15,629 nt of DNA from Gemmatimonadota bacterium (GCA_038128265.1 JAYPJE010000063.1:1-15629); one strand, 5' to 3'. Positions 8,675 through 15,629 are shown, numbered from the stretch's first letter. Program-made: numbers and translations. Notes: a model not told the origin generated them from the sequence alone.

Positions 8675-8694
8675 CACTAAGCTTTTTCGGCTGT

Positions 8695-9207
8695 CTATTC
8701 GACGCTCATCTGGCTTATTTTGTTTTGCGCCTTCGCCGCGTAGGGCGACTGCGGGAACTCTTTGGCAACCTGCGAGTAGTAGTCGCGCGCCTGCGCCGGC
8801 TTGCCGAGTTTTTCGTAGCACTGAGCGACGAAAAACTTCTGCTTGGGTGCATTGGCCGATTTGGGATCCTTGCTCAAGGCATCTTGCAGCGTCTTGATAG
8901 CCTTCAGCAGCTTGTCTTGCGAAGGAGCGCGCTTGCCGCCTTTGTAGTAGAGCTTGGCGAGAATATTGTCTTCGGCCTCGGCGCCGCGCACACCGGCCAC
9001 AGTGACCGTTTCCTGCAGTTTGAACTCTTCTTCCTTGACCATATCGTCGACCTGAGTCCAAACCGTATTGAGCCAATCCTCATCGCCTTCGGCACCCGCT
9101 GCATCAGCGGCTTCGGCGGGTTGAGCTTCGGCTTCGCCCTCCTGGGCGGCAACGGGCACCGCACCCAACAGGGCTATGAGCAAATAAAAAAACTTGGCAT
9201 TCTTCAT
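8695..9207 (-). CDS. Small secreted TPR protein with TVAGVRG motif (170 aa)
   Basis: Start placed at ATG 9207 (MKNAKFFYLLIALLGAVPVAA-QE signal peptide) because AAGGAGGT lies 8 nt upstream. Acidic Ala/Glu linker, ETVTVAGVRGAEAED, LYYKG, C-terminal TPR (FFVAQCYEKLGKPAQARDYY..VAKEFPQSPYA). Confidence 0.85.
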   Translation of the reverse strand: MKNAKFFYLLIALLGAVPVAAQEGEAEAQPAEAADAAGAEGDEDWLNTVWTQVDDMVKEEEFKLQETVTVAGVRGAEAEDNILAKLYYKGGKRAPSQDKLLKAIKTLQDALSKDPKSANAPKQKFFVAQCYEKLGKPAQARDYYSQVAKEFPQSPYAAKAQNKISQMSVE

Positions 9208-9215
9208 CAGATTGC

Positions 9216-9223
9216 ACCTCCTT
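9216..9223 (-). promoter_or_regulatory. Strong Shine-Dalgarno site
   Basis: AAGGAGGT, a full anti-SD complement, 8 nt before ATG 9207. Confidence 0.8.
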
Positions 9224-9272
9224 TTCAAGGTGACGGGCTTTATTTCTAAATATCGGCGCATGAGCGCAATGA

Positions 9273-9294
9273 ATACATGATCTACATCACATTA
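9273..9294. promoter_or_regulatory. CRP/FNR-family (cAMP-CRP-like) binding site
   Basis: Plus strand ATACATGATCTACATCACATTA versus E. coli CRP consensus AAATGTGATCTAGATCACATTT: 17/22 identical, one perfect TCACA half-site, 6-bp spacer; lies in the 145-bp intergenic gap. Confidence 0.65.
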
Positions 9295-9352
9295 GAGGAT
9301 TTTTTTCTATCCACGTTATAGACTGCTGTCTATGTGGCGAAGTTCCGCTCTC

Positions 9353-10372
9353 CTATTCCTCTTCGTCCAGGAAGTTCAAAAATCCCTGGTAGCGGTCATC
9401 GGATTCGACAACCTGGCGGTAGATTACCTGCGCCTCGTTGCGCCTTCCCTGCAAATAGCGCACGATCGCCATATTGAGCATCACGCCGGGATGCGAGGGC
9501 ATCAACCGTTCGGCCTCTTCCAGCAGCGCGTAGGCTTCGTCATACTGACCGCTATGCGAAAGGACCACGGCCTTGGCGTTGTAGGCGTCGCCCATTTGCG
9601 GATCGGCAGCGATTGCCTTGTCGAGGCGCTCCAGCGCGCGACCGTATTCTTCCTGCTGCATATAGGCCGACGCAATGCGATAGAGCTCTTCGGCCGATTC
9701 GACCTCGGCGAGAAAGTCGAGCAGGCCGCCATAGGCGTCGTCTTCGTTAATAATCTGCTGGTAGAGCGCGTCGGCGCGATCGCGATCGCCCTTCAAATAG
9801 TAGATCAGCGCAATATTGAGGCGGAAACCCGTCTGGCTCGGATCGATTGAAGCCGCCTTCTCATAGAGCGCCTGGGCCTCGTCGTACTGGCCTTTATGCG
9901 TGAAGACTACGCCCTTGGCGTTGTAGGCATCGGCGTATTGCTCGTCGGCGTTAATGGCCTCTTCGAACTGCGCCAGCGCCAGGTCAAAGCGGTTCTGGCG
10001 CAGGTAGGCCGTGCCGATATCGTAGGATTCCTGCGCGTTGCCCACTTCGGCCAGAAAGTCGAAGAGTTCCATATAGGAACCGTCGCGTGCAACGACTTCC
10101 TGAAAGAGCCGGTCGTAGGTCTCGCGCTCGCCCTTCAGGTAGTAGGTGAGGGCGATGTTCATGCGCACGCCGGTATTGTCGTCAAACTGCAGTGCGCGAC
10201 GATAGTACTCGAGCGACTCGTCGTACTGGCCCTTGTGGGTGAGAATGACGCCCAGCGCGTTGAGCGCATCGAAATTCTCGGGCTGCATGGCGAGGACGCG
10301 CTCAAACATCGAAAAGGCTTTTTCCAGATGGTTGACGCGCAGATAGGCGGCGCCGGCATCGTAGAGCCCCTC
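9353..10372 (-). repeat. Three tandem ~113-aa protein super-repeats (3 TPRs + capping helix each)
   Basis: Units 10372-10034 (113 aa), 10033-9692 (114 aa) and 9691-9356 (112 aa) share DAxNAxxVxxxHxGQYDE, NxAxxxYLxGxR and DxxYxxxxxFLxE. Confidence 0.85.
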
Positions 10373-12403
10373 GGGCGTATCGAGCGATACCGATGAGCCT
10401 AGCGCAATCTGATCGACGCGCTGGTCAAAGAAGGCGATATCGCGATTGAGTAGACTGTCCATCAGCGCCGATTCGGGTAGCGAAACGGTGCGCGGTGGCA
10501 GCGTAGCCGGCTTGTAGGTCTGGAACAGCTGCTGCACGTAAAGCTCGTCAATCAGCTTGCGCGGCTTGAGGCGCTTGTATTCGGCGGCGCCGTTGCGCCA
10601 GGCATCGGCGAACGTGAAGCCGTACATGGTAGTTTCGACCGGAATCCACACGCGCCCCTGCCAGACCACATACTCGGCTGAAGACAGAAAGTGGTCTTCG
10701 GCGCGGTCGGGCGAAATGCCGCTGTCAAACATCATGTAGATGTGGCCCTTGCCCGGATCGTTGGCTTCGAGAAAAGCCGTGTCGATACTGAGGTTTTCTA
10801 GCAGCGAAGCAAAGAGCACCGTCAGGTCATCGCAGTCACCAATCTTCGTCTCGACGCCTTCGGGCTTTTCCAACAGCTCGCTGGGATACTGAACCGTATC
10901 AAAAATCGTCTTGTCGTCGGAAACGCTGGCAAAGGGCGTCTTTTGGTCGGCCTGGTAGCGAATGCGATAGGAGCCCAGCGCATTAAAGAGAATGGTCGCT
11001 TTGCCGATATTGGAGCGGTTGAACTTCTCGGCCAGCAGGTCGTTATAGCGCTGCACGAGACCGCGCGCCAGGCTAGCCACGGACATGTCTTCTGGAGTGA
11101 CAAAAGCGGCAGCCATGCCCTTTACGTTCCAACTCAGCTTGCCCTTGCCGGCTACGTAGATGCGCTCGAGCTGCTTTTCGGCGAACTGATCCTGGCGATT
11201 GCGCTGGTAGTCGACGCGCACGATCGGCGTCACAAAATTGTCGTAGTAGGCCTCATCCCGATTGAACAGGTCGGTATCGAACGTCACCTTAAAGGTGTAT
11301 TTCTCGTTGCTCTGCGGCGGCAGCGTAACCTGTTCGCGGTGCGGCACGCTCATCACTTTGGGCAAGAACAGCGAGACGCTCGCCTCGATGGCCTCGGTCG
11401 CCGAGTTGGAAATTACGACATCGAAAAAATCGTTTTCCTGATAGTGAGGGTAGAGCGAGCGAAAGACCGGATTGGGACGAATCAGCGCGTCTTTGATATT
11501 GATCACGCGCGGGTTGTACGCCAATGCAATCGAAGTGTAGTGCGTCGGCGCCAGCACGGGATGGCGCTCGTAAGCGTAGTCGATCTGTGCAAAGCGATAC
11601 TTGAGACCGAGACCAAAGGTGGTCGTCGTCGCGTCGGCAAAGGACTCGGGCGTGTCGCGCTCGGTTGCCACGCCGGCGCGCAGGGCCAGTAAGCCGCGCA
11701 GCCAGTACTCGGCACCCAAGTGAAACGAATCGTCTATATCGGCACCGATGGTCAGTCCTTCAACCGGTCGATGGGCGAGGCCAAAGCGGTAGCGCGTTTC
11801 GTAGACCGGCTCGGATACGCCGCTCTCGTACTGCAGATCGGTGCCGCCCAGATCCTGCGCAACAAAGGCGAGGCGAAGGCCAAAGGGCAGCGGAGCGAGC
11901 AGACCCACATCAAAGCCCCAGCCCGATGCGCTGCCCAAATTGTTGCCGTCGAGATCGACGCTAAACGAGCGGTACTTGCCGCTTACGCCAATAGCCGTGT
12001 TGCCGATGAGGGGACGCAGGCGCTGAATGCCGTTGCGATAGCCGTAGGCGAAAGCCAGCTTGTTCTGGCCAGTATTAAGTTCGGAATCGTCAAAGCCCGA
12101 GTAGAGCCAGTCGACGCCAATGGCGTGCTGGTCGCCAACCGGCAGCACGTAGTTCAGGTAGGAGTGATTGAGGCCCAAGCCATAGCGATCGGCGTAGGCC
12201 AACCCGATTTCCTGTCGCTGCAGCGACGCCAGCGCGGCCGGATTCCAGTGGGCAGCGCTCGCATCGGAGGCTACTGCACTGAAGGCCCCGCCCATGCCAA
12301 TGGCGCGCACGCCCACCATCTCCTGACGCGGTGCAGCCAACGTCGACTGGGCGGCTATCAGCGCGATGCCCAAGATCGCAGCTAGTACGCTCCGGTAATT
12401 CAC
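9353..12403 (-). CDS. Fusion protein: PorV/PorQ-like outer-membrane beta-barrel + Ig-like domain + transglutaminase-like cysteine-protease core + 9 TPRs
   Basis: Signal peptide; GVRAIGMGGAFSAVASDASAAHWNPAAL (PorV/FadL-like N-terminal motif) and amphipathic strands ending IDYAY...THYTSIALAY (about aa 296); GDCDD (Cys524), GHIY (His554), WIPVETT (Glu590); C-terminal TPRs. GTG start overlaps the upstream stop (GTGA). Confidence 0.82.
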   Translation of the reverse strand: MNYRSVLAAILGIALIAAQSTLAAPRQEMVGVRAIGMGGAFSAVASDASAAHWNPAALASLQRQEIGLAYADRYGLGLNHSYLNYVLPVGDQHAIGVDWLYSGFDDSELNTGQNKLAFAYGYRNGIQRLRPLIGNTAIGVSGKYRSFSVDLDGNNLGSASGWGFDVGLLAPLPFGLRLAFVAQDLGGTDLQYESGVSEPVYETRYRFGLAHRPVEGLTIGADIDDSFHLGAEYWLRGLLALRAGVATERDTPESFADATTTTFGLGLKYRFAQIDYAYERHPVLAPTHYTSIALAYNPRVINIKDALIRPNPVFRSLYPHYQENDFFDVVISNSATEAIEASVSLFLPKVMSVPHREQVTLPPQSNEKYTFKVTFDTDLFNRDEAYYDNFVTPIVRVDYQRNRQDQFAEKQLERIYVAGKGKLSWNVKGMAAAFVTPEDMSVASLARGLVQRYNDLLAEKFNRSNIGKATILFNALGSYRIRYQADQKTPFASVSDDKTIFDTVQYPSELLEKPEGVETKIGDCDDLTVLFASLLENLSIDTAFLEANDPGKGHIYMMFDSGISPDRAEDHFLSSAEYVVWQGRVWIPVETTMYGFTFADAWRNGAAEYKRLKPRKLIDELYVQQLFQTYKPATLPPRTVSLPESALMDSLLNRDIAFFDQRVDQIALGSSVSLDTPEGLYDAGAAYLRVNHLEKAFSMFERVLAMQPENFDALNALGVILTHKGQYDESLEYYRRALQFDDNTGVRMNIALTYYLKGERETYDRLFQEVVARDGSYMELFDFLAEVGNAQESYDIGTAYLRQNRFDLALAQFEEAINADEQYADAYNAKGVVFTHKGQYDEAQALYEKAASIDPSQTGFRLNIALIYYLKGDRDRADALYQQIINEDDAYGGLLDFLAEVESAEELYRIASAYMQQEEYGRALERLDKAIAADPQMGDAYNAKAVVLSHSGQYDEAYALLEEAERLMPSHPGVMLNMAIVRYLQGRRNEAQVIYRQVVESDDRYQGFLNFLDEEE

Positions 12404-13860
12404 GGTTCCACCACCGTTTCCTGGTCACCTCCCTGTAATCCGGTGAGGCTTATGGAGGAAGCTGAGCCGGGAAAGCGCACTTCGAGGCGGTATTCCGAAC
12501 CTCCCAGCACGCCAAATGAAAGGCCCGCAGCATCGGTGACGTAGCGGAAACCCACAAGTCGATCGCCGGAATCGAAGAGGCTTACGCTAGCGCCTAAGCA
12601 GGTTGCGTTGGCCCCGCCCAGCTGACCGCCCTTGCCCAGCACCTGCACCTTGATAAAGCTGCTGCCCGGCGTCTCGTTCTGGAAGAGCAGGTTGCCGCTG
12701 CCAAAGCCATCCGTCATATAAAGGTCGGGCGCACCGTTGCCGTCGTAATCGCCCCAGCGCGCGGCAAAGTGAACGCTGCCGCCCGTGGGCAAATTGGCAA
12801 ACGCCGTAACATTGTCAAAAGTGCCGTCGTTATTATTGGCGTAGAGAATATCGCGCTGAAACTGTCGATCACTGCCGGTGGCCAAGTAGAGGTCGAGAAA
12901 GCCGTCGCCGTCGTAGTCGGCCCAGTCGGCCATGGATGTGAACCAACCGGCGTTGTCTATGCGCACGCCGGCCAGGTCAGCCACTTCGACAAAGGCGGAA
13001 CCCCCGTCGTTTTCGTAGAGCGCATTGGCGCCGATATTGGCCAAATAGAGATCGAGATCGCCGTCGTTATCGTAATCACCCCACGCGCCGTTGAGACCGA
13101 TTTCATTGTTGGCCACGCCGAGCGCAGCCGACACTTCGGAAAAGGAACCGTCGGAACTCAAATCATTGCGATAAAACTGGTTTTCTTGCTCGCGATTGAC
13201 TGTGTATAGATCGGGGTCGCCGTCGCCGTCGTAATCGGCCCACAGCACGGCGTTGGTGTCACGGCCATCGCCCACATCGAGGTCGGTCACCGGGGTAAAC
13301 GTGCCGTCCCCGTTGTTGTTATACAGTTCGTTGGCGAAGTAAAACTTACCCAAATAAAAGTCGACGTGACCGTCGCCGTTGTAATCGCCCCAGCCCACGG
13401 AAGTGACGTTGCCGCGGCGCTCCAAGTTGACCAGACCGCGACTGCGTCCCACCTCGCTAAAGGTGCCGTCGCCCTGATTCTGATAGAGAAAATCCTGAGC
13501 GTAAAAATCGGCAATGTAGAGGTCGAGGTCGCCGTCGTTATCGTAGTCGGCAAAGGCCGCCGCTACGCTATTGCCGTTATTGTCGACCCCAGCTACGGCG
13601 GCCGCGTCGACAAAAGACCCGTCGCCCTGGTTCTCGAAGAGTGCGTTGATCGGGTTAGTAACCGCCGTGCCCCAGTTGGTCGTGTAGAGGTCGAGATCGC
13701 CGTCCCCATCGTAGTCGCCCCAGGCCAGGTTGGTGCTGAACAGTCCTGCATTGAGCGTGCCGCTAGCCCCCGACAGGTTCTGGAAGGTCTGCGCAGCAAC
13801 AGAGCTGCTCAGGAAGGTTGAGGTCAGCGCGGCGCTGAGTATGTAGTTTCGCAAGCGCAT
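12400..13860 (-). CDS. Secreted FG-GAP/VCBS repeat beta-propeller protein (CRTAC1/ASPIC-UnbV-like)
   Basis: Signal peptide (SSVAA-QTF); seven W/F-G/A-DY(D/N)xDGxxD(L/F)Y Ca-binding repeats, mostly followed by LYxNxxDGTF-type motifs; degenerate ASPIC/UnbV-like tail (FIKVQVLG...NATCLGASV...SFG...EVRFPG). Confidence 0.88.
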   Translation of the reverse strand: MRLRNYILSAALTSTFLSSSVAAQTFQNLSGASGTLNAGLFSTNLAWGDYDGDGDLDLYTTNWGTAVTNPINALFENQGDGSFVDAAAVAGVDNNGNSVAAAFADYDNDGDLDLYIADFYAQDFLYQNQGDGTFSEVGRSRGLVNLERRGNVTSVGWGDYNGDGHVDFYLGKFYFANELYNNNGDGTFTPVTDLDVGDGRDTNAVLWADYDGDGDPDLYTVNREQENQFYRNDLSSDGSFSEVSAALGVANNEIGLNGAWGDYDNDGDLDLYLANIGANALYENDGGSAFVEVADLAGVRIDNAGWFTSMADWADYDGDGFLDLYLATGSDRQFQRDILYANNNDGTFDNVTAFANLPTGGSVHFAARWGDYDGNGAPDLYMTDGFGSGNLLFQNETPGSSFIKVQVLGKGGQLGGANATCLGASVSLFDSGDRLVGFRYVTDAAGLSFGVLGGSEYRLEVRFPGSASSISLTGLQGGDQETVVEP

Positions 13861-13861
13861 A

Positions 13862-15629
13862 TTACCTCACCACAGCGACGGTTTTCTCGCGGCGCACATC
13901 GCCGGCATTGACAACCACGATATAAAGGCCACTGGACACGGCCCGACGATCCTCGTCCAGTCCGTTCCACTTGAGCGATATGCGACCCGGTGCCATCGGC
14001 TCGTCGCGCACGACGACGCGCTCCAACTTGCCAGCGCTGTTGTACACGCGCACCGTCACATCGGCCGGACCAGTCAAATCAAACGAAATATCCGTTTCGC
14101 CGCGCAGCGTGGCGCTACCGGGCGCAAAGGCGCGCGGCTGGCAGTCGAGGTCGCGAATAGCTAGATCGCCAACGCCCGTCGACAGGTCTTCGAAAATGGC
14201 GAAGGTGCCCAATTGATCGACGGACGTGCGCACCACTTTGGCCTGCGGATCGACGCTGCCGCCAATGCGCGACCACTGACCGCTGTCATCGGCGCGAAAA
14301 ATAGCCAAGTGCGTAGGATCGCGATCGCCCAGCTCTTCGGCGCTGTAGTGCATCGTCAGCGTAGCGCGCTTGGACAGCGCGCCGACCTGTGCCCGCACCG
14401 AATAGGCCGCCGTTATCTGCGTCGTCTCCTGGGCGAGCTTGCCCGCTCCTGCAGCGAGCCTGCGAATGGCAATCTCGCTGCTGCCGGCCGGTAAGGCGTT
14501 GGGCGGAAAGTAGAGCTCGAGCGTGCCGCTGGCATTCTTCACATTGCCACCCTGGCGCGCATCGGCCAGGCTGGTTGCCGTGCGAAAGCTCCAGCTGTAG
14601 CCCTCGGTGGCCAGTTCGCCGAGCACCTGTGCATCCATCGAGATCGTGTATTCGGTGAACGGCTTCAGCCCGCCGGCGATCGAGAAGCTGATTACCGTGC
14701 CCGTTGAATCGGCACCAAACCCCGTCAACGTCACCACCTCAGACGCGGCATCTGCATCGGCTAGCGAACGGGCCGAAATCTGGAAGTCGCGCGCCAGCTG
14801 GCGTGCAACGGGCGCCGAAAAGGCGATCTGCACGTTGGACGACGCCAATCCAATGCCTTCTTCGCCGTTGGCCGGCGTCGTTCTGACAACGCTGGGCACT
14901 TCGGTCGTAAAAGACCAGTTGAGATCTTCAAGCCCGATGGCCGCTGCCAATGGACCGCTGGCCAGGGCCTGCGCGCTGGCGCTATACGCGGCACCGGAAC
15001 GCAGCACCACGCTGGGAAAGCTGACAGTAAACGTCTGCGAATCGTAGGAAAACTCGTCGCTGGCCAGCGGGATGAGTGCCCCCCCACGGCGCAGGCGGAA
15101 GTTCTGGTTGTTGATCAGGGCCGGATCGAGCGGGCCAGAAAAAACAACCTGCAAGCGCTGGGCGCCCGGCGGCACGGTCGCTTCTGCGGCGGGTCTGGTC
15201 GCCACTGGGCTGGGCACGCGCGTGGCGAAATCCCAATTATAGGCCGCACCGTCTCCCTGGAGCGGACCGCCTACATCCGAGGATACGCGCACTGAATAAG
15301 CGCTGCCCGGCTGCAGGCCTTCGCTGGCATTAAAGCTCAGTACGTTGCTGCCCGGATCAAAGGCCGGAGTCGTGATGGGGATGGCAATGCCGCCCTGTAG
15401 CAGGGTTACAGCCCCCTCGCCGCGCAGAGCTTCTTCGTCGATAGAGCCATTAAACTGTGCGCTAATGGCCGTGCCCATATCGATCACAGCCGTATCGCCC
15501 GATGCCGGCGCGGTCGACGTCAGCTCCGGCACAGCCGAGCTAAAGCTGATGGTCTGCACCTGCCCCGAACCCAGCGGACCGCTCACGCTGGGCGCAATCT
15601 GCAGCTCGTAGCGCGTGCCTACGCGCCAG
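13862..15629 (-). CDS. Large Ig-repeat (Big_5/SbsA-like) surface protein with ZU5-like domain and FlgD-Ig/T9SS-type C-terminal domain; 5' end lies outside the window
   Basis: The frame stays open past the ORF-track start to the window edge (WRVGTRYELQIAPSVSGPL...). Three full repeats of P.v..t.Pa......F...l/v...L.pg..Y....W.F.T; then GG..........FPPNAL...LAIFR....QW..IGG.VD; then PRAFAP...ISFDL...VTVRVYNSAGKL...WNGLDEDRRAVSSGLYIV...VAVVR-stop. Confidence 0.85.
   Translation of the reverse strand, partial: WRVGTRYELQIAPSVSGPLGSGQVQTISFSSAVPELTSTAPASGDTAVIDMGTAISAQFNGSIDEEALRGEGAVTLLQGGIAIPITTPAFDPGSNVLSFNASEGLQPGSAYSVRVSSDVGGPLQGDGAAYNWDFATRVPSPVATRPAAEATVPPGAQRLQVVFSGPLDPALINNQNFRLRRGGALIPLASDEFSYDSQTFTVSFPSVVLRSGAAYSASAQALASGPLAAAIGLEDLNWSFTTEVPSVVRTTPANGEEGIGLASSNVQIAFSAPVARQLARDFQISARSLADADAASEVVTLTGFGADSTGTVISFSIAGGLKPFTEYTISMDAQVLGELATEGYSWSFRTATSLADARQGGNVKNASGTLELYFPPNALPAGSSEIAIRRLAAGAGKLAQETTQITAAYSVRAQVGALSKRATLTMHYSAEELGDRDPTHLAIFRADDSGQWSRIGGSVDPQAKVVRTSVDQLGTFAIFEDLSTGVGDLAIRDLDCQPRAFAPGSATLRGETDISFDLTGPADVTVRVYNSAGKLERVVVRDEPMAPGRISLKWNGLDEDRRAVSSGLYIVVVNAGDVRREKTVAVVR

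Noticed and set aside
9208..9261. ORF-track start at 9261 for the small TPR protein
   Set aside because: It has no SD and would bury the signal peptide. ATG 9207 has a perfect SD.
9311..9337. Imperfect hairpin CCAC-gtt-ATAGAC-tgct-GTCTAT-GTGG after the barrel-fusion gene
   Set aside because: The stem is weak and is followed by an A-run rather than a U-run on the coding strand, so it is not called as a terminator. It could be an mRNA-stabilising hairpin or an operator, but nothing supports that.
12720..13725. Recurrent DNA motif (gtagaggtcgag...gccgtc...tcgtagtcg) resembling a spaced repeat array
   Set aside because: The copies are degenerate, in frame and about 160-180 nt apart. They encode the FG-GAP DYDxDGDLDLY repeats, so this is not a CRISPR array, and no cas genes are present.

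Overview
GC-rich bacterial window in which every credible gene is on the minus strand. In transcription order (right to left): a 5'-truncated Ig-repeat surface protein with a ZU5-like domain and a FlgD-Ig/T9SS-type C-terminal domain; a secreted 7x FG-GAP beta-propeller; a 1016-aa fusion of a PorV/PorQ-like beta-barrel, an Ig-like domain, a transglutaminase-like Cys-His-Glu core and 9 TPRs; an intergenic CRP-like box (17/22 match to the E. coli consensus); a small secreted TPR protein with a 'TVAGVRG' motif; an intrinsic terminator; and a CHASE2 class III adenylate cyclase. These are followed by a CpoB/YbgF-like TPR lipoprotein, a hypothetical protein, bamD, nadD, thrC, a CckA-type hybrid histidine kinase, a sigma70-type promoter and the 5' half of tRNA-Arg(ACG). 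The T9SS-like parts suggest an FCB-superphylum organism (inference). The most interesting candidate is 5813-15629, a possible trans-envelope signalling relay (surface protein -> barrel-tethered cysteine protease -> VAGVRG partner -> CHASE2 cyclase -> cAMP/CRP feedback). Its parts are visible in the sequence but the wiring is hypothesis. All domain calls come from reading motifs by eye; no searches were run.
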